A stretch of 61,139 nucleotides of DNA, the filler included, from Basidiobolus ranarum (lineage: Eukaryota), in NCBI GenBank assembly GCA_040143965.1. It is 8 parts of 8 records of this genome, joined end to end, with 100 filler letters (N's around TTAATTAATTAA, not from the genome) between each part and the next. Parts side by side here need not be neighbours in the genome. Positions count along the whole stretch, not along the records: positions 1 to 7,576 come from JASJQH010001099.1; positions 7,677 to 15,249 come from JASJQH010001100.1; 6 more parts are not named here. One strand, given 5' to 3'. The translations under genes were made by a program, and so were the position numbers. Of the stretch, positions 1-13,025 are shown piece by piece (the first letter of the stretch is position 1; each line of letters begins with the position of its first letter). The notes beneath the pieces were generated by a model. That model ran no database searches. It was not told the DNA's origin and saw nothing but the letters and a program-made list of their open reading frames with translations.

Positions 1-166
1 GCACACATGTTCCTGGGACCTTCCTTAACACATTCTACACGTTAGTTTGTTTACATCTTGACAAAACTATAAATGTCAACTGAATACTCAATAAATCGAT
101 AAGTGAAAACCACCAATTTCTCTAATTCTCCAAACCACTTCCAACAGGCTCCCAAATACTTTAACA
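1..166 (+). repeat. 3' part of a dispersed ~345-bp TG...CA (solo-LTR-like) repeat, cut by the window start
   Basis: Aligns by eye to 54220-54385 (gcacacatgttcctgggaccttccttaacacattct...ctcccaaatactttaaca) and ends in the same TTAACA terminus. Confidence 0.85.
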
Positions 167-448
167 TATACATGCCAGGAAATATAAGTAACAACACGTT
201 TGTAAACTTGTTCGAGTATTAAGAAAACCTACAGTATATTGAATGATGTCATCAATATTAGACTTAGTACTTTGAAGAAATCAGTAACTACTTTAGTATC
301 AATCACAGATATGTCTTTTGAGTCAAGTCGACTGATCAATCAGTTTTAAAAGCATAGTTGCGGAGAGTCATTTAGTTTTATATTGCTTTTAGCAATGGAT
401 AAATGTGACGAATGATGCTGTTTGCTTTGCTGATCGAAGGGTATTTAT

Positions 449-2155
449 TTAGAGTATATAATGTTGATTGAAGTCCAAAACTTTCATCTTATGGCCATGA
501 GGAATATCAAAGGTTGCCGGGTTAGCGTCATCATTACGCTTCCAGGTTTTAATATTTCGACCACTATTGATTATTTCGATAACTCAAGAGCGACGATCCC
601 GGCCTTTGTCAGTAGCCCCATAAGAACCATACCCAGCACCTCCACCGTAACATGATTGCATGGATGAAAAGGGAAGGTAGTAATCATTTATCATGGCCAA
701 CGACTGTCATTTTGACATCACCCGCTAGTGCATAACAGTATTAGTAACTGTACAATGACTGAATGCTGTCCCAAGAGTTTACACTTGCCCGGGGATCACG
801 TGAATTCATTACATTATCTCTAGTGAAGGCAATCATATCAGGTTTCTCAGTCTTTATGATTCGTTCTGCGAATTCCAAAGTCTTCAGGTTCGTACAATTA
901 CTCCACTTGTATATGATCAGGAGGATCAGATTGGTTTCAAATCATAAGCAACGTGTAAGCATACCTCACTAGTGGATGGGATATCATTGCATTCACTTCG
1001 ATGACTAGTCATATCAATATCTGCCAACTGCAGTATTTTGAATGTCCCATCGTGCTGGAACTTTAACTTTGGAACTTTGGGCATTTCTAAGGATTTGATG
1101 AGATATTTAAGAAGTTGTCCTTTCCACATTGAGATTTTGGTCCACCTTGGTGTACCCAAAAGGATCGACTAAATTGCAACCACTTATAAAGGTGATTGAA
1201 TATATAGGGCTTCCTACACCTTTTTTAAAGAAGAGATAAATCGGTTATCCTTCAGTTCCAATATTCAAGTCAGTAGGTAGACGCTCATATCCTGGGATAT
1301 GAGTGCTGATAGAGGCTTTGATGTCGGTGAGAGGTTTTCCTCTATTTTGCTTGTAAAAGAGGTAAACGAATTTACCACCAGCATTGATGTTAAGATCATG
1401 ATCTGAACGAACTCAGCCCTCTTTTTGGCAGTCTTAGTTATCACAAGCCTCAACAGTAATATTTGATATAGGGGCTACAGTGATATATATGATATGTAAC
1501 AATGATAAATTTCATTATTGCACAATCTGCAATCATCTGTTACTTTCGATGGTTTTAGGCTGATAAAAGAGGGAGATTTTCCCCCCTAAAAGCGATAGAA
1601 TGATTATTATGGCAACGGGCTACAATGTCCATTACTCTGGGAAGTGGGATTCTTACTGGCCTCTTCATTTCATTGAAGTTGAATGTATGATATCCATCCA
1701 AGGCATGTGGAGTAACTCCAATTAACCAATAGATTTTGTATCGGTGCACCAGCCATCCGATCATTCGTGTAAACGAGGCATCTCTTGGGTGCCACAGTAC
1801 CTTCATTCACATTCACATCGAGTTTTCTGTAACCACCTGTGACTTTATCAGTATCTTTAAGAAGAATTACATTTGTTAAGGGCTGTGGGCCTCTCTCTTT
1901 GCGGTAGTGAAGGTAAATATGTTTCCCTCTAGCACCTATATTCAAACCCAAAGGGATACAGTACCATGGCTCAGGGAGCTCACAACGGGTACTATCGCAT
2001 GCACTGAGAATAATATCAGTGATGAATCCATCATCAGCATCTTGAATCGGCTTTACTGAATGAGAGTCGGATTGAATGAATTTCGTGTAAACAAATTTAC
2101 CTACAGCAAGAGCTGCAATATGGCAAAGTACAATCAAGATGGTGATTTTTTTCAT
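449..2155 (-). pseudogene. Decayed DCR2-like calcineurin-like metallophosphoesterase with an N-terminal signal anchor and tandem MABP-like repeats
   Basis: Hydrophobic N-terminus, then repeats of the form GYxxxxxDLNxGxxGxxIYLxY (LGLNIGARGKHIYLHY; DHDLNINAGGKFVYLFY; GYERLPTDLNIGTEG*PIYLFF). DCR2/PAP-like motifs follow: LKFQHDGTFKILQLAD, EKPDMIAFTRDN, GDVKMTVVGHD, CYGGGAGYGSYG, RRS*VIEI, IKTWKR. There are several in-frame stops (three within ~1245-1440, TGA at 584-586), frameshifts near 690 and ~1720, and the central GNHD region is absent. Confidence 0.8.
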
Positions 2156-4581
2156 TCTTGTGTACGCCTTGACTTACTGATGAAAGTGCTGCTTTATATA
2201 GAGACATGAATACACTTGGGCTTTGCTTTTTACCCAGTAGACATTATGGTCTCGGAGTGTAGGGAACATCTCACTTTGCGTAGCTAGTGATTGAAGGGGT
2301 TGAACCAACATAATCATTATATAATCTCTCTGAATTACGGTAACCCCAAAATGATTCTACTTGCTTTTTACATGGGTCATTTGGAGGTTTAGTGATATTG
2401 ACACTTGGATAAATATGCTCTAAATATTGATTTTCACTTCCTGGTGAGATAACATCACTTCAATGAGAATTACTCGTATATATGCATCAAGTGTATAGCT
2501 GAACTGTAAAAGTCTTTACTATTGTTGCTCATTAAGTCCAACACTTCTACACAGACTCCTAAGCACATGTAAAACTGAATTTCACTGCTTATCCTACTGT
2601 AGGTCACGAGCTCTGATGGTACTAAACCTACTTACCTTGGTCAGTCCAGCAGAAATCTGATTATCGAGAATAGAATGATTTGAAATAAGCGGCCACACAT
2701 CGATACCAAAGATAGTAGTACGATGACTTCTTCAGGTAACTCATCTCCCAGTATAATCTGATTTCAACCGATGAATTAGCCAGTTTATTGGCAGGATACG
2801 CTTAACCGTCTGTACTGAAAATTAGAAACGCTAAGGATGCGCTACACAGGTCAACCTCAGAGCTTCATCTTACCCCCATAGTTACTCCAAACAGAACTTC
2901 ATCGTTCGTTTTTAGTTTCACCCTCCGACGAATATATACTTTATATATGGACTCAATAGGCATCTTGCAAGCTATTATATCAATGCAGCCCTATACATCA
3001 AGTTTTATTTTTCTCAGCAATAGATAGAGGAAGCTGGCAAACACTCACACAATTATTATACTCTAGTATAGACTACCAGTTAAATGTAGCTATTTCCATG
3101 AATGTTTGGGAGCGTTGGCTAGCATGCAAAGTATTTCGGAATTTCAAAATTAGCAAGTGAGGAGAGCAAATGCTCACATACAGTTGAAAGTTCTGTGGAT
3201 TCTAAATTTAATCCTAACCCTAATCCCAAGCATGGATTGAGAAGAAACATGTCAATTTTATTCTGAACCTTACGTAAATGATTTGAGTCAACAGCTAGGA
3301 AATTAATGAACTAATCAGGTCATTACCCAATGATATTTTGCCCATATTCAAAACACCAAAATAGTATGGCCTACCTTAAAATATTACCAACTATTGAGCT
3401 GAGCTGATCGTGTGTCGTATTTACAGTGAAGGAACAAGCATGATGAAATAAAGGCACTAATAAGTAATGAAACTAGAAGAGGCGACTACATGCCAATTAG
3501 TGCCCTCATCCTAGACAACTGTTTTATCAGTAATTATCTACAATTTACTTGTACCAGTGACTTATTCTAGGTAATCCATCTACAAACAATAACTGGTTGT
3601 CTGCAACTTCCCTGGATGATCATCGAATGATAAACTAATCATATATTTCTTCTAAATTTTCTAAACTCTTCCAATTCATGATGCAGATCAAGAACACTAC
3701 GACATTGTATCAATAACTCATCTACCAAAAGATGGGTATTACCTGTCAGTTAGATACAAGTTTTCCAACTTGTTTTAGTATTCTCTATTTTGTATGCAGG
3801 TCTGCAGGTATGCCAAGTTTTATCCATTAAATGTCGAACTGCTCTGCTATTCACATCACTGAAGTAGCATTCTGGAGCATGGACGAACTATTGAGGTATA
3901 CATTAAGTTAGAACTTTTTGATGGAGCATTTCCATGGTAGGTAATACCAAGAAAACGTACTCCAACTGTGAGTATTAGCTTGAAAAAGAGTATTTGGTAA
4001 AAATCCATGTACAAGTGGGCACCTGACCAATTCTAACTCGGGCCAAAGAAATGACCATTAGAAGTATTTGAGAATGGTACTATTGTATCTGAATATTGTA
4101 CATCAGTATATCTTGGCGAGCTGCATAGCACTCAGAAACTAGCCCACCTAGCCAGGTACAACCAAACCTTAAAGGAGTTCCCAAATGGTTGAGTTTGAAA
4201 CTTGGTGGGAGTATCCCAACCATGTGAGATGATTACTCTTACTTAGCTTTAAAGAGGATAAGTGCGAAATATAAGTTAGGTGTGATGAGTACTTTAATTG
4301 TCCTGATAAACAAGCGACTTACATTTACGCTTATATATACATACGTAAAGCCAACATATGTTTCTTGCAAATAAGCATCAAAAGAAAAGTAAATTATTTA
4401 CAGCCAGCAAATCAACAACTTCAAATATCTTCGTATGAAGGCAAACCAAGTGAAAAAAGAGGATCACATGTAAGTAGTTAAAATAGATGATGGAGTTGAT
4501 TAGAAATCGTAGCATGGAGAAATTCGGTCAAGTTCTATGTTATTGAATTGAAAAACGGGGGCGAGGGATTTTCCTTAGCTT

Positions 4582-6203
4582 CTATCGTTTTAAAAATTCC
4601 AACAAAGCAGACATCATCTCCACTTGACGCTCCTGAATTTTGATTTTCTTTTGTCTATGTCGTTCCCTGCGCTCCAATTTCTGTTTCAAAAGCTCCATAC
4701 GATCTTGGTGCTTCTTTTGCAGAAAGTTCATATATTCTTCCGATCGTTGGGTTTGCGACACGCCACAAGGATGTTCCGGTAAATCCTGCCATTTGCGTTT
4801 TTCCGTGCTTAAAGGCACTGGGCTGTGTCGTGGCGAAATATAGGAGACATCGCTTAGTTGAGAATCCCCATGATTACTCTCCATAGATTCTAGGATTTGA
4901 TGTGCATTGGATTGTGAGTTTGACATGGACAATCCAGAAATATTGTGTTCACCCGTTTGAAACCCACGCGAATTGACCTCGGATCCTCAAAATGAGGTCA
5001 TATTAATATCGCTATAAGCCACTTGGACCGAATGAGTAGGATTTTCTGGGATTGAGCCTACTCCAGAAACTGCGCCGTTTGGTGTGGAGGCTCCGCTGGA
5101 TGCAATCATGCCAGTGCTGCCATTGGGTGTACTGAAGTGAACGGGTTGACCATTGGCAACAACCATATGTTGAGGCGTTGTTTGACCAGAATGATGATTA
5201 TACTGGGGTTGCTGTTGTTGCTGTTGCTGTTGAAGGACATGTTGCATGGTTTGTTGCTGCGCTTGCTGATGCTGTTGAGCCAGCTGTTGAAGCTGTTGTT
5301 GTTGAACTTGCTGCTGTTGAACTTGTTGCTGCTGAACCTGCTGTTGTTGAACCTGCTGCTGCTGAACCTGCTGTTGTTGTCCCTGTTGTGCTGGTAAGGG
5401 AATTTGTTGCGATTGGCTGCCTCCATCATAGCTTACATTTCCTTGCTGAGAGTTATGATTTGGGGGTAGTGTAGGGGAAAGGCCTTGGCCGGGAATAGGC
5501 AAACCATTTTCATCTACAGCTTGATTTCTCATAGAGAGTGGAACTGAGGCACGACGAACTCTTATCACGTTCATATCTTCAAAATAATCATCAGTTTTTT
5601 TTGAACTTCCAGGTTGACTATTATGTTGCAAAATTTCCTAAATAGATGAATAAATAATTAGTCAAGAATACTTTCAACATACCGAGTGACCGATGAAGAA
5701 GTAAACGAGTAAGTACCTTATATTTTCTTTCCAAAGTTTTCCATCGATTTCGACACTGTTCAGCGGACCGATTAAAGCCAGCTTCCAGCATTCTACGGTG
5801 AAGTCTTTCCCATACGGTGGCATTTCTTTTCATACTTTCAAAGTATTCTCTGTGTTCGCCATAAAGTTTTATCAGATATTTGGTTTCATCGTGTCGCCAG
5901 TTTTCACTGTATCTGGAGGTACCTTTGACTGGAGAAGGACTTTTATCTATGAGGGAAGAGTTAAATATAAGTAAGCGATTTCTAAAACCAAAGTTTTCAC
6001 AACATGGCAAATTTACCAAAGCTAGGAATGTTTGACCCGTTCCCTTGAGGAGTTCCGTCGGGTGTAGAACGGAGACCTGAGTGAGATTGGGCTTGAAGGA
6101 CAATGTCTTGAGGAGGACATGGAGAGGCAGAAAGAGCGTTAGCTATAGTGCCCGATACATTAGGAACCTGTGTAAACAAGGTGGAGGAAGATGTAGAACT
6201 CAT
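4582..6203 (-). CDS. Trihelix / Myb-SANT-like DNA-binding protein with polyQ and a C-terminal coiled coil, interrupted by one in-frame TGA at 4987-4989
   Basis: Exons 6203-6017, 5946-5717 and 5637 onward, with GT-AG introns 6016-5947 and 5716-5638. Domain sequence: WRHDETKYLIKL...VWERLHRRMLEAGFNRSAEQCRNRWKTLERKYK..YFEDM. The same frame continues after the TGA to a charged coiled coil ending at 4582. Confidence 0.8.
5205..5387 (-). repeat. CAG/CAA-rich coding repeat (polyQ with QQQQV units)
   Basis: Direct tandem tgc/tgt triplets on the + strand; translates QGQQQQVQQQQVQQQQVQQQQVQQQQVQQQQLQQ...QQQQQQQQ. Confidence 0.9.
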
Positions 6204-7576
6204 AGAGTAACTAGAAATAGGGGACGCCAGCTGGGAAGAGTAGAGTGCGATGGAAACCGAGTGAATGTATTATGGAAGACTAGAAGGGAGTGTAGTGCCT
6301 TCTGATAGAATTTGTTGGCGAATCCTAGTACAGAGTGTTCTCGTTTACTACAGGCTCCCCTGGTAATATCTATTCCAATGAAAGGAGGGACCCGAGTTAA
6401 TCCCATTAATTTATGTGAAGAGTAAATTTATCTTTTCGCGAAGTAAGTCAGATGGATACGGTACTTGTACACAAGATTACAATATCGAATCTGGCCGATC
6501 AAAGAAACCACTCCACCCATACCCATACTTATACCCATACTGCAGTGAATATCCATTTATTAAACTGGCTTCATATCAAGGTCTGGATATGAGATTTATT
6601 ATCGCAACCGAACTGAAGGAGATCAAATGCATAATTTGGGAACAAACGGGACGAGGATGGTGCATCCCTGGATTGTGAATTTGTTTTTTGTTTACGGCAT
6701 GAAAGATGAAGCATTCGTAATTGAGGCTCTGTGGATGCGGATGTCTAGAATCGCTTATGGCCGCGGGAAACGAGTTTTAGATTTAATCACAGTGTTGAGC
6801 AGCAATCACTAATAGTTGACGAGCAACGAGGCATGATGGTTAAGGCCAAGGCTGAAAACAGGTTGTCGCCATACCCGCTTCCGACTCCGCTCTCGAATCG
6901 GTCTACACACAAGCATGTCAAGGAGATGGCTCTATCGAGGCTGCTCTCCATGCTTGTGGTCATACGAGATCACGGAAGGGATCCACATGTAGCGAAGACA
7001 CCGGAACACTGTGCTATCATTCACAATCTAAAAAATATTACGAATCAGTATATTGTGACATACACGGAGATCGCAGAGCCATCTGATTGATCAGATCTTC
7101 TCTGTTATAAGGTATTATGAAATATGGGAATGGAATACGTTTCACCTGCGTTCCATATTTAGCAATCCCATGGCTTGCCGAAATCTGGTGCGAGAATCCG
7201 CTCAATGATCTTGCTGGAACTACTATTCCACTGGTTGAAACTGCTCTTGCTCCTACATATATATGGTAGCTCGCTCATCCACGCGTCACTCCGGAAATCA
7301 CGAAAGTTGGGATGATGCCGAATCAGAATTCCCATCACTGGCCCAAAGGGGACACAATAGATATGTAGATAGTGTTCCTAAACAATCAGTCATTGAAATA
7401 CTGTATTGTAGAAGGAGCACCAATTTCCGATAGATTATTCATGTATACCTACATATCAGATTAGGGTAGCAAGGTTTGACCTCTTTTGGGCGCTACTGCA
7501 TTTTTATTTACACTTCGACCGGTCACGTGGATACTGCAACCACACTCCTTGCTTGCTGACCTGCTATGTTGGCAGC

Positions 7577-7676
7577 NNNNNNNNNNNNNNNNNNNNNNNN
7601 NNNNNNNNNNNNNNNNNNNNTTAATTAATTAANNNNNNNNNNNNNNNNNNNNNNNNNNNNNNNNNNNNNNNNNNNN
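7577..7676. other. Artificial contig spacer (N44-TTAATTAATTAA-N44)
   Basis: Six-frame-stop linker flanked by Ns; an identical spacer occurs seven times. Confidence 0.97.
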
Positions 7677-8635
7677 TAACCAAGAGGAGCGGATAGATAG
7701 TGTACATCCAACTAAACACTCTACACTGTCGAGTAACTCCAGTGTGCTTGGGTTGGAATCGCCTGCACCGCTAACGACACAAGTAAAAGGAGATCTTTTT
7801 GGCTCCCCTGTGCTAAACTTCAGCAAAACCATAGCTGTTTTTGTCAACCCTTTAGATGACGAAGAACCTTTCTGGTGGCCAGCACTGTTAGTCCCTTCTT
7901 CGGAAACCGATGGATCAATGCGTAAACCAAAGCCGGGACAGCACACTGTTAGATATTTTGAAGATGGAACCTACTCACTATGTTGGCCTAAGGAATTTGT
8001 CGTATTTGATCCGACTACTGAGCCATTTACTCGCTTCAAAAGTACCTTTCCTAATTTTCTAGATCATGTTGCGGTACGTCGAGCTATTGCCTACTATGAA
8101 ACAGGACAAGTACTGAATGAAATCAAATGGTTGCGTTGGCAACATAATGAAAATAAGGTAATTATATAGCATCCATTTTATCAACTCGACTTTACACTAA
8201 CTCGAGCCTCTTTATTTGAACCTTTGCTACCATATAGCCTGTATCGCAACGCAGACATGAGGGTAAGACTAGGCTTGTGATATGAACTGCAATGGAAGGG
8301 AGACTGAAATACTAATATCTCCAACGAATATAGATGTTGCCATCATCAAAACATATATGTGTATAGTCGGTGATGAGATTCAGGTGACCAATCTTGAGAA
8401 TCCAGTAAAATCATGGAAGGCGGTTGTAAAGGAGGTCGAGCTACTCAGAAATGAGAAGCATAAAGGGCTACACTATTACGTTCACTATCCAAGAGCCAGT
8501 TCAAAGTAAGCTATTATATGCTCTAGTATGTAGCTGCAGTGCATCTTTTATTAACTGTTTGACTTCCAATGTAGGCAAGATGAATGGATATCCCCTTCAC
8601 AGATTGCACATTACTACCATCGTAGAGCTTTGTAG
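7677..8635 (+). CDS. PWWP-domain + Tudor-knot/chromo-barrel protein (5' truncated)
   Basis: PFWWPALLV...HTVRYFEDGTYS (PWWP-like). After GT-AG introns (8158-8237, ~8263-8333, 8506-8574) the frame reads VGDEIQV...WKAVVKEV...HYYVHYPRASSKQDEWI (Tudor-knot-like). Stop TAG at 8633-8635. Confidence 0.7.
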
Positions 8636-9297
8636 ACCGACATATAGTTCCTGTTATTAAAAATGTCTTGTAATTTTAGGATTTTTATATTATTTTTGCT
8701 CCTTTGAAATTTTATTGTTTCATTTCTAGATTTCACATTTATTCAACATGCGCGCCCTTACATTTCAGTGAAATGGTTGTCATTAATCGAGTCGCAAATG
8801 ATGGTTGAACATAGCATTAGACAAGCTTTTCTCTAATGGAAAATACATTAATAAAAGCCACTTTCATAACCCAATTGACTGCGGTATTGGAATGAGAAGT
8901 GTCAATGAAGTGTATGTAAGATATGTTATCTAACTTAAACATCAAAATGTACAATATGTTGCCAAGTTGGACTGCCGTTTGTCTCGTTGCACATGATTAA
9001 ACTCGCGCATTAATCATACAACTTTATGAAAGAAAAAAGAATAATACGTTGGACTTAGCATTGATAATCATTATTTGGTTGTCATCTATATTTCTATTCA
9101 TTAGTAATAATTAGATTAGATGCTCATCAAGTTACGATATATAGAAGTGATTGTTACCTCATTGATAATCAGCTTTTGGTTTAATAGTATCTTGCTTTCC
9201 GAGTTGCTTTTGTTTTTCTTGCATCAAGGCTTTGTATAGAGGTCTCCTCAACTTTACTTTTTAGATATTCATTTTGAGGTTTTTAGGGCGTCTGAAT

Positions 9298-9795
9298 ATG
9301 GTGGCTGTACGTGAACTTGTTAAGCGCTTAATTGGAGAGAATTCGGTGATGGTATGCTCTACGAATTGGCTCTGCTGAAGCAAACTGAATCTAATGTTTT
9401 GACTTCGTTCCAGATCTTCAGCAAGAGCTATTGTCCGTAAGTTAACTCGCAATACTCTCTTTTTATAACATGAGTTTAACTTGTATCCTCATTTAGTTTT
9501 TGTAGGCGTGCCAAAGATTTATTTGGCAGTTTGAAAGTTGAATTTAAAGCTATTGAACTTGACGAGCACGGTAAATATTCTGTTGATTCGTCAAAAGAAG
9601 TTGTTTGACTTGCTCTAAAAACCATTCTTAGAAAATGGGGATGAAATCCAAGAGTTTTTGAAGACACTCACCGGCCAGAGGACAGTCCCAAACGTATTTA
9701 TTCATGGCCGACATATTGGTGGCTTTGACACATTGAGTAGCGCCAACCAAACTGGAAAATTAAAAGATTATCTGAAGCAGAAGGCGAAACTTTAA
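9298..9795 (+). CDS. Dithiol glutaredoxin (CPFC), 4 exons, absent from the ORF track
   Basis: Splicing three GT-AG introns gives [35 protein letters not shown]...[41 protein letters not shown]...KAKL*. An extra upstream exon cannot be excluded. Confidence 0.9.
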
Positions 9796-10496
9796 TATCC
9801 TATCTATTGCATTTGTTCACTCGACCCTTTCCCTTTGTCCCCTGAATTTAATCTGAGGTGCATATGAGGATGTCGTTTTAAATAAATTACTCAAGCCATT
9901 GGTTTGTGTTTTTATTATCAAGTACTCCAGAAACAAGTCATAATCTAGCTAAATGATGATCTCTACTCAGCTACCTTGACCCCTTGTGCCTTGTTTCAGA
10001 AGGTTTATTAACTTGACCCTTGTCTTCAACTGCTTCTGTTTACGATCATAATCAATCAAGAAGAGATCACGCGTGCTGCTGGCAATAACTTTGATTCATC
10101 TTTCGTCATGCATCAGTGGAATTGTGTCTGCTTGTGTACCTCTTCAGGTGATCTGGTGATAGGAAATTAATATGGGAAAAGAGTCACAAAGGATGTGTTT
10201 CTTGTGTTTCACTCAAAATTATTATTCAGAACCTGCCCGACTGCCCACCTGATCTTAATTCCTCTCATGTCTATTCATATGACCCCTTTCCATATGACCT
10301 TGATACTACTTTCCTTATAAATCGGCATTCATCACACAATAGGAAGCAGTATATCCCTCTTTCTTCACTCTTCCTTACTAACCGCGGCTTCTATCTAAAC
10401 CAAGAACGAAAGCTCGTCGCGATCTAATATTTTAATCGTTTCCACAACAGATCCTCTTCTCCTTCAGAAAGCAAAAACCTTTCTTGACTGATAAAA

Positions 10497-11746
10497 ATGG
10501 GCTATTATACCTATTTTTTAGTAGGAGGTATGCTTCTAACGGGCACGTTAAACACGTTGCTCAACAAAATTCAAGACAAACAATGTGTAGAAAACTGTGA
10601 CGATCCAGACCCATCAAAGCATCAATTATTTGAGCAGCCGGTATGGCAAACGTTGAACATGTTCATCGGAGAAGCCTCGTGCCTTCTCGCTTTCTATTTT
10701 ATCCGACTATCCCAGCGACACCGTAATGCTACCCAAGGGTATGAGGAGATTCCGGGAACCAGTACACCTAGAGTCATTGAAGAAGAGGTGGCTGGCGACG
10801 ATGACTCTGTTATCAAGAAACGACTTTCTTCTGAACAACCTAGCACTGAGCCTTTGGAGGGCTGGAAAACCCTTTTAATGTGGTTACCTACTCTGTGTGA
10901 TATTTGTGGAACAACGGTAAGTCAATTCCATAATTCAAACTGGTAGATAAAATTTACTAAGGTTTCACGGATAAATAGTTAATGAACGTCGGATTGATCT
11001 ATATCTCGGCATCGATTTATCAAATGCTTCGCGGTGCCGTCGTATTGTTTGCCGGAGTTTTCTCCGTTATTTTCTTGAAGCGTACATTGCACGTGTATCA
11101 ATGGTTTTCTTTGTTCTTGGTAGTGCTTGGCGTTTGCATTGTGGGTGCTAGTAGTATTTTATTCCCAGATGATACCCCTGGCCAACACCCCGCTGTCAAT
11201 GCGTCATTCATCGGGGTGTTTATGGTTCTGTTTGCTCAGATCTTCACCGCATCTCAATTCGTCATTGAGGAGAAGATTCTACACAGATATCACATCGTTC
11301 CTGTCAAGGCTGTTGGTTTGGAAGGAATCTTTGGTATTGCCTCTCTAATAATCGGAGTTCCGATCCTTTATTTCTCTATTGGCCAAGGAACCAGGGGCTA
11401 CTTTGATATTCCTGTAGGATGGAATCAAATAATCAATCATCCTCCAGTCTTAATCTCCGGTATATTGATTGCGTTTAGTATTGCTTTCTTCAACTGGTTT
11501 GGTTTGTCGGTTACGCGCACCATCAGTGCCACTTCAAGATCCACCATCGATACTTGCCGTACTCTATTTATCTGGATGGCCAGTTTATCGTTGGGATGGG
11601 AGCAATTCCGTTGGTTACAGGTGCTTGGGTTTATTGTTTTGATTTACGGTACCTTTTTATTCAATGGGGTGGTTGCACCTCCTTTCGGGAAGCCCTCTGA
11701 CACTTCCGAGGAGGCAACACCTGCACCTACTCAGGCCGAAGCATAG
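10497..11746 (+). CDS. SLC35F6-like drug/metabolite (nucleotide-sugar-type) transporter
   Basis: Two exons (intron 10917-10978). Multi-pass hydrophobic protein with FEQPVWQTLNMFIGEASC, PTLCDICGTTLMNVGL, SIYQMLRG, QFVIEEKIL and SATSRSTIDTCRT. Confidence 0.85.
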
Positions 11747-13025
11747 CCTTCCTCTCAATTGTTATCTTTACTTGTTAATTCGAACTATTGTCGATTATTT
11801 AGCCAAGGTGACCCCTAATCAGTAATATTGAATACGAATTAGAAAAGGACCTATATATATCTCTTTGTATATTAGAACTCATTCTGAATAAAATCTTGAA
11901 TCTTACTTTTGGTCGTTTAGTTTATGCTGAACTCCAGCTAGCTCGTGCTCAGCTACCTGAATCTCTACCGTCGGTGGTTGTATAAAGCAGCGCTAAAGCC
12001 ATCCAGTGGTCAATGACGTCACGTACTAACAATATTTAGAATTTCACTAGCTTCAAATACGTTAGCATTTAATCAGGGACTGAGAATACTATTTCATTTA
12101 TTACGATAATCTATCACTCACACTACCTCACATGTTGCTTGAAAACAACCAAGCCCAGGTTGAGCACCACTCAACGATGCGAGGGCTATTTGCCACCGTG
12201 GAATTGAATGCCAGTAAATCTAGAGACTTATTAATATCAAGGATTTCCTCTAATAGAAATCTTGAAGACTTGCAGACCTGGAATTTCAGAAAAAGATCAA
12301 CTTGCATTATTACATCTTGCTGGTAAACAGTAGTTTCTTATATTGATCATCCATGGCACTTCCAACATTAACCCTTGCTTTTTGATGATTCCACTTACTC
12401 ACAATCCTAGATATTGGAAGTAGGCTCACTGTAAATAGTGGGAAAATTGTTTGTCAAAGTCGTATTTGTTTACTGAATCTTTGTTTAGCAGGGAATTGAT
12501 TTGCTCGATTATTCATTTTAAACGTTCAATACTCGATGTTAGCGCCAAGCAAATCGCTCAGGAAGAACTTCCGACGATTATAACAATCGATTATCATGAC
12601 ATCGGTAGTACAACGTTGACGAACGGTAAGGGTACTTGACGTGAGAACTTGTTCCATCAATGGCTTAGCTGTAAGTGAATTTTCAAGGTAATCTTAGAGA
12701 TAGCATATTTCATGATCAGTGTTGAATCGAACTTGTATATTTGGAAGATATTCATCGAATTTAGCCTTTGTTGACATAAACTCTATACAAATAAATCGGG
12801 ATTTGGAGAATTTAATAGATTACTTGAATATCATTTATTTGATACTTGTCATCAACCCCCTTTCCTCGTGATTGCTATCTTACCAATCGTTTTTGCTTGA
12901 TGTTGTTTTGCTTTGGTTATTGATGTTAATTTTTATTACTTTAACTGAATACACGTAACTTACTGATTTCCCATAAGCCTTATCACAATCCTTTTCACTT
13001 TCACTTAATTTTAGACGATATCAAC

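Noticed and set aside
4987-4989. TGA as selenocysteine
   Set aside because: It lies in a low-complexity linker with no redox motif, and I could not identify a SECIS element.
5106-5474. Alternative-frame ORFs rich in Leu, Ala/Val or Ser/Asn
   Set aside because: They are shadow frames of the polyQ repeat.
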